Source of the DNA: Patescibacteria group bacterium
GTDB lineage: Bacteria; Patescibacteriota; Patescibacteriia; UBA11705; JABHMO01
DNA length: 64,000 nt
Reading direction: 5' to 3'
Assembly (NCBI GenBank): GCA_018818405.1
Contig: JAHIRY010000047.1
Location: 2,053-66,052, forward strand
The notes beneath the pieces are model-generated. The model worked only from the letters and a program-made list of their open reading frames with translations. It was not told the DNA's origin and searched no databases. Positions within the stretch are counted from its first letter, which is position 1, and each line of letters opens with the position of its first letter. Made by a program: the position numbers and the translations under genes. Positions 18,210 through 27,056 of the stretch are shown here, one piece after another.

Positions 18210-18860
18210 ATGGCTGATAATGCGATGGAAAATAAATTGAATCTCAAGAGCGCGCCGATAAATTCAGCGGCCGTCAAAAAAAGCTCGAAAAAAAAGAGCG
18301 CTTTTTCGGCAAACGCGGAAATTTTCATAAAGATGTATCAGCCCATAGTGTTGATTGTTTTTCTGGTTCTGATAATTGTCGGCGCGTTTCTGCTTGTCAT
18401 GTTTTACGGCAATGACATAACCGCGCTGAGAGAAGAAAATCAACGGCAGGAAAAAATATTGGAAACAAAGCGGCAGGAATTGGACAAATTGAAAGCGGTG
18501 AAAATCGATCCCGAGGCGATGGCCGCCACCGGGCAGAAAATATTGGAAATTTTGCCGCAGGAAAAAGATTTGCCTGATATTTTTTTGCAATTGGAAGCGA
18601 TGGCGGAAAAAAACAATTTGTTCATGAATATGATCAATGTGGCTGAGGATGCGGCAATGGAAACGGAAGAAGGCGCGCCCGCGAAAATAAAGAAGTTGAA
18701 TTTAAATATGAATCTGAGCGGAGGAGATTATTTTACTTTGAAAAGTTATTTGAATGATATGGAAAAAAATTTGCGGCTGATGGATGTGCAGTCAATCGTT
18801 TATTCGCCTGAATCAAAAACTTTCAATCTGAGCGTTAACACATATTATTTGGAACCGTAA
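18210..18860 (+). CDS. pilO: PilO-like pilus assembly protein
   Basis: Short N-terminus, one TM helix (IVLIVFLVLIIVGAFLLVMFY), then a coiled coil and an alpha/beta domain. It occupies the position after pilN. Confidence 0.55.
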   Translation: MADNAMENKLNLKSAPINSAAVKKSSKKKSAFSANAEIFIKMYQPIVLIVFLVLIIVGAFLLVMFYGNDITALREENQRQEKILETKRQELDKLKAVKIDPEAMAATGQKILEILPQEKDLPDIFLQLEAMAEKNNLFMNMINVAEDAAMETEEGAPAKIKKLNLNMNLSGGDYFTLKSYLNDMEKNLRLMDVQSIVYSPESKTFNLSVNTYYLEP

Positions 18861-18867
18861 GAGAAAT

Positions 18868-19155
18868 ATGGGGAAAAAAAGCGCAACAACTTTAATTATA
18901 TTTATTTTCGCGATAGTAATCGGTCTGATTCTCTCTGACTTGTTTTATTTTCGGCGCGCGGATGAAATTTCGAACGGAGTTGACGCCAGTTCTCTCCTGG
19001 TCGCGGGAAATCAAAAAGGATTTCAGCAAATTGAAGAAAAACTTTCAGCCAATGATGTTTATAGAAGTTTGGAAAAATTCGGCGATTGGCCGTTGAAAAT
19101 AGAACCGATTGAAAAAGAAAATCCGTTTGTATCAGCTAAAACGAATATTGAATAA
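18868..19155 (+). CDS. Small membrane-anchored protein of the pilus operon, possibly PilP-like, hypothetical
   Basis: 95 aa with an N-terminal TM segment. It is translationally coupled between pilO and pilB. Confidence 0.4.
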   Translation: MGKKSATTLIIFIFAIVIGLILSDLFYFRRADEISNGVDASSLLVAGNQKGFQQIEEKLSANDVYRSLEKFGDWPLKIEPIEKENPFVSAKTNIE

Positions 19156-20918
19156 TGATAACAAAAAATCAAACAAAATTATTGGAATTTTTGCAGAAGA
19201 GAGAAATAATTCGCGAGCCGCAAGCGCAGGAAATGAAGGAATTGTTAAATACGGTGGAAGAAAAAAATATCCGCCAAGTTTTGGTTAACGGCGGATTTGT
19301 CGATGCGGAAAAATTGGCTGAAATGGAATCTGAATTTTGGAGCATTCCGTATGTCAATCTATTGAAAGAACAAATAGATGAAGCGGCTCTGATTACTTTG
19401 CCGTTGAATCTGGCTGAACAGCATTTTTCGATTTGTTTTGCCAAGGATGGAAAAAATTTGAAAATAGCTTTGTCCGATCCTGATGATTACAATGCGCGGG
19501 AATCAATTGATTTTTGGGCCGCGGGAAAAGGATTTGATGTCAGTTATTATCTGTGCTCCGTTCCCGGCTGGCAGCAAGCCATTCGAAAGTATCAAGCGTT
19601 CGGAGAGGAAGTGAAAACGGTTTTGACTGAAGTGGAAAAAGAAAAAGAATTGGAAGAGATTGAAGCCGGACCGGTGTCAACCGAAAAAATCGAAGAAGTC
19701 ATTCGCAGCGCGCCGGTGTCAAAAATAGTTGCCATGATCGTGAAGCACGCGATAGAAAGTCGCGCGTCTGATATTCACATTGAACCTTACGGCAAGGCCG
19801 GACGCGTCAGATTTCGCATTGACGGCGTCTTGCAAACTGTTTTAACTTTGCCGGCTTACATTTACGATTCGGTTATTTCGAGAATTAAAGTTTTGTCTGA
19901 TCTGAAAATCGATGAAACGCGAATTCCGCAAGACGGACGATTTAAATATGAAGCGCCGGGAATTCATTTTGATTTGCGCGTTTCCATCATGCCTCTCTCG
20001 GGAAGAGAAAAAGCGACTTTGCGTTTGCTCGATACGTCAGGAAAAACCTTGACGCTGGAACAGCTGGGATTCAGCCTCGTTATTCGGGAAATTATCGATG
20101 AAGCGTTGAAACAAACATTCGGCATGATATTGGTGACCGGTCCGACCGGATCGGGAAAATCAACCACTTTGTCATCGCTTTTGAGCAAGATGAACAAGGA
20201 AGGCGTAAATATCGCGACACTGGAAGATCCGATAGAATATAATTTGTCCGGAGTAAATCAATCTCAAATTCGTCCTGATGTTAAATTCACTTTTGCGTCG
20301 GGTTTGCGCGCTTTGATGCGCCAAGATCCTGATATTATCATGGTCGGCGAAATTCGCGACAGCGAAACAGCGGAAATGGCGGTGCATGCGGCCTTGACCG
20401 GACATTTGTTGTTTTCCACTTTGCATACCAATGATTCTGTCGGTTCGATTCCCCGATTGATTGACATGAAAGTCGAGCCGTTTTTGCTGTCATCAACCAT
20501 TAATTTGATCATCGCACAGAGATTGAGCCGCCGTATTTGTTCAAAGTGCAAAGAATCTTATGAAATTCCGGCTGATACGGCGGAGAAAATCAGAAATGAA
20601 TTATTGAAAGTTCCGGCAAAGAGTTTGCCTGAAGGAATTGATCTGCATGCTGATAAATTTCTGGGATATCGCGGAAAAGGCTGTCCGGCGTGCAAGGAAA
20701 CCGGCTATTCCGGCAGAGTTGTAATTGCCGAAGCATTGCCGATTACAGAGAAAATGCGAGTGATAATCGCCGAAGGAATGAAACACGCGGAAATGAAAGA
20801 GGAATTGGAGCAGATCGGAATGGTGACTTTGTTGCAAGACGGATTGTTGAAAGTTCTGCAAGGAATTACAACGCTGGAAGAAGTTTTTCGCGTGAGCAAG
20901 GAAGTGGAAGAAGAATAA
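19155..20918 (+). CDS. pilB: Type IV pilus assembly ATPase PilB (GspE family)
   Basis: Walker A LVTGPTGSGKSTTL, Asp and His boxes, and the tetracysteine CSKC...CPAC motif, over 587 aa. Confidence 0.9.
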   Translation: MITKNQTKLLEFLQKREIIREPQAQEMKELLNTVEEKNIRQVLVNGGFVDAEKLAEMESEFWSIPYVNLLKEQIDEAALITLPLNLAEQHFSICFAKDGKNLKIALSDPDDYNARESIDFWAAGKGFDVSYYLCSVPGWQQAIRKYQAFGEEVKTVLTEVEKEKELEEIEAGPVSTEKIEEVIRSAPVSKIVAMIVKHAIESRASDIHIEPYGKAGRVRFRIDGVLQTVLTLPAYIYDSVISRIKVLSDLKIDETRIPQDGRFKYEAPGIHFDLRVSIMPLSGREKATLRLLDTSGKTLTLEQLGFSLVIREIIDEALKQTFGMILVTGPTGSGKSTTLSSLLSKMNKEGVNIATLEDPIEYNLSGVNQSQIRPDVKFTFASGLRALMRQDPDIIMVGEIRDSETAEMAVHAALTGHLLFSTLHTNDSVGSIPRLIDMKVEPFLLSSTINLIIAQRLSRRICSKCKESYEIPADTAEKIRNELLKVPAKSLPEGIDLHADKFLGYRGKGCPACKETGYSGRVVIAEALPITEKMRVIIAEGMKHAEMKEELEQIGMVTLLQDGLLKVLQGITTLEEVFRVSKEVEEE

Positions 20919-20930
20919 AAAGTTTTCATT

Positions 20931-22133
20931 ATGCCAATATATAATTTTCGCGCGAAAAAGGTTGATGAAGAAGAATTCATCGAAGGTTCGGTAGAAGCTG
21001 AATCGGAAAGTTTGGCGTCGGAAATTTTGGAGGAAAGGGGATTGATTGTTCTTTCCATTGAACAAAAGAAAAAAAATTTGTTTGAGTTGGATTTTCTCGA
21101 GCGGGTGAATACAAAAGATTTGGTTATTTTCGCCCGACAATTGTCAGTGATGATTTCCGCCCAGGTTCCGTTGGTTCAGTCATTGAAAGATATTGTGAAA
21201 CAGGATATAAACAAAAAATTGAAAAGAGTGGTGGCTGAAGTGGCGACAGAGGTGGAAGGCGGAATAAAATTTTCCGAAGCATTGGCTCGGCATTCGAAAT
21301 TTTTTGACAATTTTTTCGTGAATATCGTGCGTTCCGGAGAATCTTCCGGCCGGTTGGAAGAAGTGCTGATGTATTTGGCTGATCAGCTGGAAAAAGATTA
21401 TGAAATGAAAGGCAAGATCAAAGGCGCGATGATTTACCCTGCTTTCATTGTTTCGGGAATGATGGTGCTCGGAATTTTTGTCATGGTTTTTATTATTCCG
21501 AAAATGACGGAAATGCTGGCGCAGACCGGAGCGGAATTGCCATTGTCCACGAGAATATTGAAAGGACTGAGCGATTTTCTGGTTCAATACGGCTGGATGC
21601 TTTTGATGTTTGCCATAATTTTTGCGGTAATTGCGAGGATGGTGATAAAAACCGAGTCAGGCAGGAGGAGCGTTGATTTGTTGAAATTGAATCTGCCGAT
21701 TTTCGGAAAATTGAATCAATACATTTTGGTGATTCGTTTTGTCCGCGGATTGCGCACTTTACTGCTCGGCGGTGTGGACATTGTGGAAGCGTTGAATATT
21801 ACGGCCGCGCTGGTGGACAATTTGATTTATCGCGATTTGATATTGGAAGCGGTGAGCGTAATTGAAGACGGCGGATCAATGTCGGAAACATTTGAAAAAA
21901 GCAAATATGTGCCGAAAATCGTTTCGCAGATGCTCAGAACCGGAGAAGAAACAGGAAAAGTTGATATGGTTTTGGAAAAGATCAGCCAGTTTTATTCGCG
22001 GGAAGTGGACAGTCTGATCGGCAATTTGATGGCGCTCATGGAACCGATAATTATGGTTGTGCTGGGCGTAGCGGTCGGCGTGATGATCGCGGCTGTTGTC
22101 ATGCCAATGTATCAAGTTTCGACAAATATGTGA
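20931..22133 (+). CDS. pilC: Type IV pilus inner-membrane platform protein PilC (GspF family)
   Basis: Two T2SS-F domain repeats, 400 aa, three TM segments. Confidence 0.9.
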   Translation: MPIYNFRAKKVDEEEFIEGSVEAESESLASEILEERGLIVLSIEQKKKNLFELDFLERVNTKDLVIFARQLSVMISAQVPLVQSLKDIVKQDINKKLKRVVAEVATEVEGGIKFSEALARHSKFFDNFFVNIVRSGESSGRLEEVLMYLADQLEKDYEMKGKIKGAMIYPAFIVSGMMVLGIFVMVFIIPKMTEMLAQTGAELPLSTRILKGLSDFLVQYGWMLLMFAIIFAVIARMVIKTESGRRSVDLLKLNLPIFGKLNQYILVIRFVRGLRTLLLGGVDIVEALNITAALVDNLIYRDLILEAVSVIEDGGSMSETFEKSKYVPKIVSQMLRTGEETGKVDMVLEKISQFYSREVDSLIGNLMALMEPIIMVVLGVAVGVMIAAVVMPMYQVSTNM

Positions 22134-22173
22134 TAAAATATATTTATTAAATATTAATTAATCGAAAAAAATT

Positions 22174-22626
22174 ATGAAAAAAATCAAAGGTTTCACCTTA
22201 GTGGAATTGCTGGTGGTAATCGGTATTATCGGATTATTGTCAGCGCTCGCAGTCGTTTCTCTGGGGAATATCAGAGAAAAAGGACGCGATACGAAGCGCA
22301 TCAGCGATGTTGACACTTTGAAAACAGCGCTCGAATTGGTCAACAGCGAACAAGGCACTTACAATTTGGGTTGCAAGGCGGGAACAGCTGTCAGCGCTTG
22401 CACCGGCGGAAATTTGGAAGAACAATTGCCGGCAATCAAAAATATAAAAGATCCGTCAGGCACGACGAGTTGCGGCACTGATTGCACCAAGCCTTGCGAT
22501 TATGCTTTTGCTCAATTGAGCGACACGAGTTATGAAGTTAGATTTTATTTGGAAAAAGGCGCCGGCATTTACAAGGATCCGGGCTGCTATGCGCTGACTC
22601 CAAAGGGAATTGAGCGAACAAAATAG
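22174..22626 (+). CDS. Type IV major pilin candidate with a class III signal peptide
   Basis: MKKIKG|FTLVELLVVIGIIGLLSA prepilin leader plus N-methylation site. The C-terminal Cys pairs form the disulfide-loop region. Confidence 0.85.
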   Translation: MKKIKGFTLVELLVVIGIIGLLSALAVVSLGNIREKGRDTKRISDVDTLKTALELVNSEQGTYNLGCKAGTAVSACTGGNLEEQLPAIKNIKDPSGTTSCGTDCTKPCDYAFAQLSDTSYEVRFYLEKGAGIYKDPGCYALTPKGIERTK

Positions 22627-22652
22627 GATTGATTAAAAATAAATATAAGATT

Positions 22653-23126
22653 ATGCGGAAAAATCAACGAGGTTTTTCACTGGTGGAAATATTAATAGTT
22701 CTGGCGATCATCGGTTTGATATTGACTGTTTTTGTTTTTGCGCTCAATGCGAACCAAAAGGATGTCAGAGATTTGAAGCGCGCGGGCGATATTCAGTCTT
22801 TGCGAACCGCTATGGCATTGTTAAAGAATGAAACCGGTTTCTATGAACGCGCTTATTGCGATTTGGGGGCAGTGAATTTGTGCAGTCAAAAACAAGATTC
22901 GGAAATGGCGCGATTTATTCCGCAATTGCAAACAATGGTTGATCCGAGCGGATCGCTGACGAGTTGCGCTGACAAAGCGGCTTGCGAATCGAGCGATTGC
23001 AATTATACTTTTACGAAAATGGAGATTGATGATTATGAGATAAGATTTCATCTCGAGCGCGGAGTGGATGATCTGCCGGTTCCGGGATGTTACGCGGCAA
23101 CGCCGATCGGAATTGTTAAGTTATAA
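22653..23126 (+). CDS. Type IV pilin paralog
   Basis: MRKNQRG|FSLVEILIVLAIIGLIL leader. The C-terminus is homologous to the preceding pilin (DPSG..C..C, (Y/F)xLE(K/R)G, GCYA(L/A)TP(K/I)GI). Start chosen at ATG 22653, inside the TTG-initiated track ORF. Confidence 0.8.
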   Translation: MRKNQRGFSLVEILIVLAIIGLILTVFVFALNANQKDVRDLKRAGDIQSLRTAMALLKNETGFYERAYCDLGAVNLCSQKQDSEMARFIPQLQTMVDPSGSLTSCADKAACESSDCNYTFTKMEIDDYEIRFHLERGVDDLPVPGCYAATPIGIVKL

Positions 23127-23135
23127 AAGAAAAAT

Positions 23136-23185
23136 TTCGGCTTGACAATTGCCGTCAAGCCGAAATATACTTTTTTCAGAACAAA
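23136..23185 (+). terminator. Intrinsic terminator of the pilus operon
   Basis: Stem tttcggcttgac aattgcc gtcaagccgaaa followed by a T-run. Confidence 0.6.
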
Positions 23186-23256
23186 AGATTAAAGTGGGGT
23201 TAAATGGCGAATAAAATTTTTTGGTTGAAAAAAGTATTTGGGATTATTAATATTAA

Positions 23257-24480
23257 TTGCGTATGGATATCAGAAGATGGATAATTTTATTATCAATATT
23301 GGCGCTTTTTCTCGGAATTTACCGAGCGGCGCACGCTGAGATTTTGGATACGATAAATGTAAATTTCGATCAGCCGACTTTGCAAAAAGGTTATACGGTG
23401 AAAAGCGTGAACAAGCAACTGTGGATTCCGATTTTTCCGAAACAATTCGAAGATAAATTGTCAGTGAGAATATCAAAGGCTGATCCGATCGCGCCGGTGC
23501 CGAATGATTTACAGCCTGCTTCGGATTTTTTCATTTACAATGTCGCAGGCGCAGGAAATGAATTGCTTTCATCGAGAATTTTATTGTCATTCGCTTATGA
23601 TTCCGTGGAAACGAACGCGAAAACGATTTATTATTATGATGAAAACAAAAAAGAATGGGAGCCGCTCGATTCGAGAATCGTTGATTTGAAGAAAAAAATA
23701 ATTCAAGCGCGAATAAATTTATCCTCAGCGCAAGTGGTTGTGCTGGAAAAAAAGCCTAATTTGCTGGCTGCCGCGGCCATTGTAATGGACAAGAAAAGCG
23801 GAAATATAGTTTTTCAGCAAAATATAAATGAGGAACGATCGCTCGCCAGTCTGACAAAATTGATGACAGCCATGGTTTTTCTGGAGCACAGTTCGGATTG
23901 GAACAAACGCGTTACAATGCAAAAATCGGATTTTGTCGGCGGTTCATCATTGAATGTTCGCGAAGGCGATGTTCTTTCCGCCAGAGATTTGTTTCATTCG
24001 CTGCTCGTCGGTTCGAAAAACAACGCGGCTGAGGCGTTGATCAGAGCGACCGATCTTTCTCGCGATCAATTTATCTGGGAAATGAACAAAAAAGCGAAAG
24101 ACATGAATTTGGCGAAAACAACATTTGTCGATCCTTCGGGACTGGATGGAAAAAATATTTCCACTGCCGCGGAAATGCTTGCGATCGCCAATGCTGCTTT
24201 TAAAAATTCCGATATTGCAAAAGCCAGTTCAACGAAGATTTATACGGTTCATCTGATAAATAGAGAATGGGCGACCGGATTTGAAAACACGAGCAGAAAA
24301 ATATTGAATTCCAGTCTGACGATTGTCGGTTCGAAGACAGGACACATCGATGAATCCGGCTACAATCTGGTGACTGAAATAAAATCGGAAAACAACGAGT
24401 TGATCGCATTGGTTTTGGGATCTGACAACAAAGCGGACAGTTATGACGAAGTTTATCGTTTGTTGAAAAAATATTTATAA
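23257..24480 (+). CDS. Serine-type D-Ala-D-Ala carboxypeptidase (PBP5/S11 family) with an N-terminal extension domain
   Basis: SLTK (SxxK), SxN and GSKTGH (KTG) motifs. N-terminal signal anchor. Confidence 0.75.
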   Translation: MRMDIRRWIILLSILALFLGIYRAAHAEILDTINVNFDQPTLQKGYTVKSVNKQLWIPIFPKQFEDKLSVRISKADPIAPVPNDLQPASDFFIYNVAGAGNELLSSRILLSFAYDSVETNAKTIYYYDENKKEWEPLDSRIVDLKKKIIQARINLSSAQVVVLEKKPNLLAAAAIVMDKKSGNIVFQQNINEERSLASLTKLMTAMVFLEHSSDWNKRVTMQKSDFVGGSSLNVREGDVLSARDLFHSLLVGSKNNAAEALIRATDLSRDQFIWEMNKKAKDMNLAKTTFVDPSGLDGKNISTAAEMLAIANAAFKNSDIAKASSTKIYTVHLINREWATGFENTSRKILNSSLTIVGSKTGHIDESGYNLVTEIKSENNELIALVLGSDNKADSYDEVYRLLKKYL

Positions 24481-24643
24481 AAAAAATCGAACTTCGCGGT
24501 TCGTGAAGTTCTTTTTTATGCGGCTGTTATTTTCATGATGTTCTTGTTGATCAAAAGTTGTCGATACTTTTTAAATAGTGTATTTTATAGATATATATCG
24601 GTCGGAAAATTTTTGCATTAAATAACTCACAAATAATATTTTT

Positions 24644-25009
24644 ATGTCAGAAGTATTAGACCGCATCAAAGAGATGCATAAAGAAATTTTGGAAGCGCAA
24701 AAAAAGAAAAAGGATTTGAGCCAAGTGATCAAGGACGGATTCGCACAATATACGGAATACAAGGATATTACCGAAGAAATGAACAAATTGCGCGAGCGCA
24801 GAAAACAAATCGAATTGCAGGTGCGTCAGGAATATTCATCCGAATACACACAATTGGAAGATATTTCGACTGACATAAAAGACAGCAAAACGGTTCTTTC
24901 CGATTTGATCTGGAATGAATTGATGAAAAACAATACGGTGGAAGTGACAGATGAATGGGAAAATAAATATGTTCCGCAAGTGACGGTGATATTGAAAAAA
25001 GAGAGATAA
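24644..25009 (+). CDS. Hypothetical coiled-coil protein
   Basis: 121-aa charged helical protein with no recognised domain. Confidence 0.45.
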   Translation: MSEVLDRIKEMHKEILEAQKKKKDLSQVIKDGFAQYTEYKDITEEMNKLRERRKQIELQVRQEYSSEYTQLEDISTDIKDSKTVLSDLIWNELMKNNTVEVTDEWENKYVPQVTVILKKER

Positions 25010-25105
25010 GGGTTTTTTGGAAAATTTAAAATGAAAAACGCCCGTTTTCTCGAGAGAAACCAGGGCTTTTTTTTGTCTTAATTTACATATAATTTAGCGG
25101 AATTA

Positions 25106-25134
25106 TTGACAAAATTGTGTTTTTTTGTTATAAT
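25106..25134 (+). promoter_or_regulatory. Consensus sigma-70-type promoter, TTGACA-17-TATAAT, for the downstream ncRNA
   Basis: ttgacaaaattgtgtttttttgttataat. Confidence 0.6.
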
Positions 25135-25138
25135 ATAG

Positions 25139-25580
25139 GTGTTCTTGGAGAACGGCCTGCCGGTGAGACCCAGCAATAAGCCGGACGATGAATCAATCGA
25201 TGAAGTTGGTAGAGGGGTGTCACCCTCGGAAATCCAGCGGAGGTTGGTTCGCGGAACTCTGAACTCGTCAATGCGGCCGGGATGACACCCGGCTGCAATA
25301 CCGCGCTTTTAAGAGCGCGCCCCGGTAGCGTCGGAAAGAATATCATAGGAAGCGAGCAGGAGATTGGGCAACACCCGCATCTTCCCACTCCCTGTTTTCG
25401 CTGAGGCGGAGAGCGATACTGGACGCGGGCCAGTGCTCTTCATTAGCGACCTATGAGAAATCATTCCGACATTGCAATAGTCCTGGGATGGACTTCGGGG
25501 GAGACTAAGGGGCAATCGTTCCCCAAGAACAGCTTCATCAGGGCGTTGATTTCACGATCGCGCCCTGAATTTTTTTTTGT
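25139..25580 (+). ncRNA. Structured ncRNA of about 440 nt, class unassigned, with paired 5' and 3' ends and an intrinsic terminator
   Basis: GC-rich island in an AT-rich genome. The 5' guucuuggagaacg pairs with the 3' cguuccccaagaac. There are many internal hairpins, such as gccgggaugacacccggc and cgcgcuuuuaagagcgcg. The terminator is cagggcg..cgcgccctg plus T9. Only short spurious ORFs are present on either strand. Confidence 0.55.
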
Positions 25581-25770
25581 AAGGACGGTTTTTTTTATTG
25601 TGATCAAAAGTTATTGAATTCAAACCATATTAGTTTCCAATCAAAGTATATTCAGAGTTAGTCATTCCCGGATCCCCGGGTTTCCAGGTTCCCGGGTCGC
25701 CGGGTTTCCGCTTCCCTGGTCCCCTGATTCAGAGCCGGCCTACTTAACAAATCAGTAAAAATGTTTTATA

Positions 25771-26922
25771 TTGAATCCAATATTTATGAATAAAAAACCA
25801 GGAAAAATAAAAGTCGCTGTCGCAGTTTCCGGCGGAGTTGATTCTTCGGTTGCTTTGGCGTTGTTGAAAAAACAAGGTTTTGAGGTTTTCGGCGTGTTCA
25901 TGCATTTCTGGAGCGAGAATATCAGCGGAAAAGTTCGCGACAATATTTGTTGTTCTCTCGAAGCGCAGGAAGACGCGAGAAAAGTTTGCCGAAAGCTGGG
26001 CGTTCCATTTTATACCATGAATATGACATTGCCGTTCAAGAAAAAGGTGGTTGATGATTTTCTCGATCAATATGAAAATTGCCGGACGCCGAATCCTTGC
26101 GTTCTGTGCAACAAGCATATAAAGTTCGGCGAGTTTATCAAAAGAGCAACGGAGATGGGAGCGGATTTTGTGGCGACCGGACATTATGCGCGAAATCCTA
26201 AATCAGAAATTCTAAATTCTAAACAAATTCAAAATCCTAAATCCCAAAATACAAATATTATCAATAAGCTTTTAATTTCAAAGGATATAGCGAAAGACCA
26301 AACTTATTTTTTGCATCAATTGAATAAAAAACAATTATCAAAAATTATTTTTCCGATTGGGAAATATACAAAGGCGGAAGTTCGCGCGCTGGCAAAGAAA
26401 TTCAATCTGCCGACCGCGTCGAAAAAAGAATCGCAGGAAGTTTGTTTTGTTCCGGGCGGAAATTTGCAGAAATTTTTTGAGAAATATTTAAAATTGAAAT
26501 CAGGAGATATTGTCGACATTGAAACGAAAAAAGTTTTGGGAAAACACAATGGTTTGGCGCGATACACCATAGGACAGAGAAAAGGAATCGGACTTCACGG
26601 CGGACCGTGGTATGTCGTCGGATTGGATAAAGAAGAAAATATTTTGCGAGTTTCTAGAAATGAGAGCGATTTTCTCAGCAATGAATTGCAAGTCAAAAAT
26701 GTGAATTGGATTTCCGGCGTTTGTCCGGAATTTCCGTTGAAAGCGAAATGCAAAGTCCGTTATTGTTCAGAAGATGCGAATTCAATAATCGAAACAACGA
26801 ATGAGAAAAATATTTTTCGCGTAAAATTCAAAAAACCGGTTCGCGCCGCAACACCCGGACAGTATTGTGTTTTTTGGAAAGGCAAGGAATGTTTGGGCGG
26901 CGGCGTAATTCAACAAAGTTGA
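25771..26922 (+). CDS. mnmA: tRNA 2-thiouridine(34) synthase MnmA with a low-complexity in-frame insertion
   Basis: The PP-loop AVAVSGGVDSSV, the catalytic Cys residues and the conserved C-terminal domain. The extra segment NPKSEILNSKQIQNPKSQNTN is encoded by aatcctaaat-type repeat DNA. Confidence 0.85.
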   Translation: MNPIFMNKKPGKIKVAVAVSGGVDSSVALALLKKQGFEVFGVFMHFWSENISGKVRDNICCSLEAQEDARKVCRKLGVPFYTMNMTLPFKKKVVDDFLDQYENCRTPNPCVLCNKHIKFGEFIKRATEMGADFVATGHYARNPKSEILNSKQIQNPKSQNTNIINKLLISKDIAKDQTYFLHQLNKKQLSKIIFPIGKYTKAEVRALAKKFNLPTASKKESQEVCFVPGGNLQKFFEKYLKLKSGDIVDIETKKVLGKHNGLARYTIGQRKGIGLHGGPWYVVGLDKEENILRVSRNESDFLSNELQVKNVNWISGVCPEFPLKAKCKVRYCSEDANSIIETTNEKNIFRVKFKKPVRAATPGQYCVFWKGKECLGGGVIQQS

Positions 26923-27056
26923 TTGCAATAAACTTTGATTTTCGCTAAAATTAAGTTAATGGAATTTGAAGGGAATAGCGCTTGCGGATAATTATAATTT
27001 AGTTGAAATAACAAAGAATATTTTGTGTGCGGCGGGTAATTAATATATGTTGAATT

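Noticed and set aside
25139-25580. Assignment of the first ncRNA as RNase P RNA or tmRNA
   Set aside because: The end-to-end P1-like pairing fits RNase P. However, I could not locate a 3' CCGGCUUA-type P4 strand near the 3' end. For tmRNA I found no tRNA-like acceptor/T-arm plus CCA and no plausible tag ORF ending in Ala-Ala. I left it unclassified rather than force a name.
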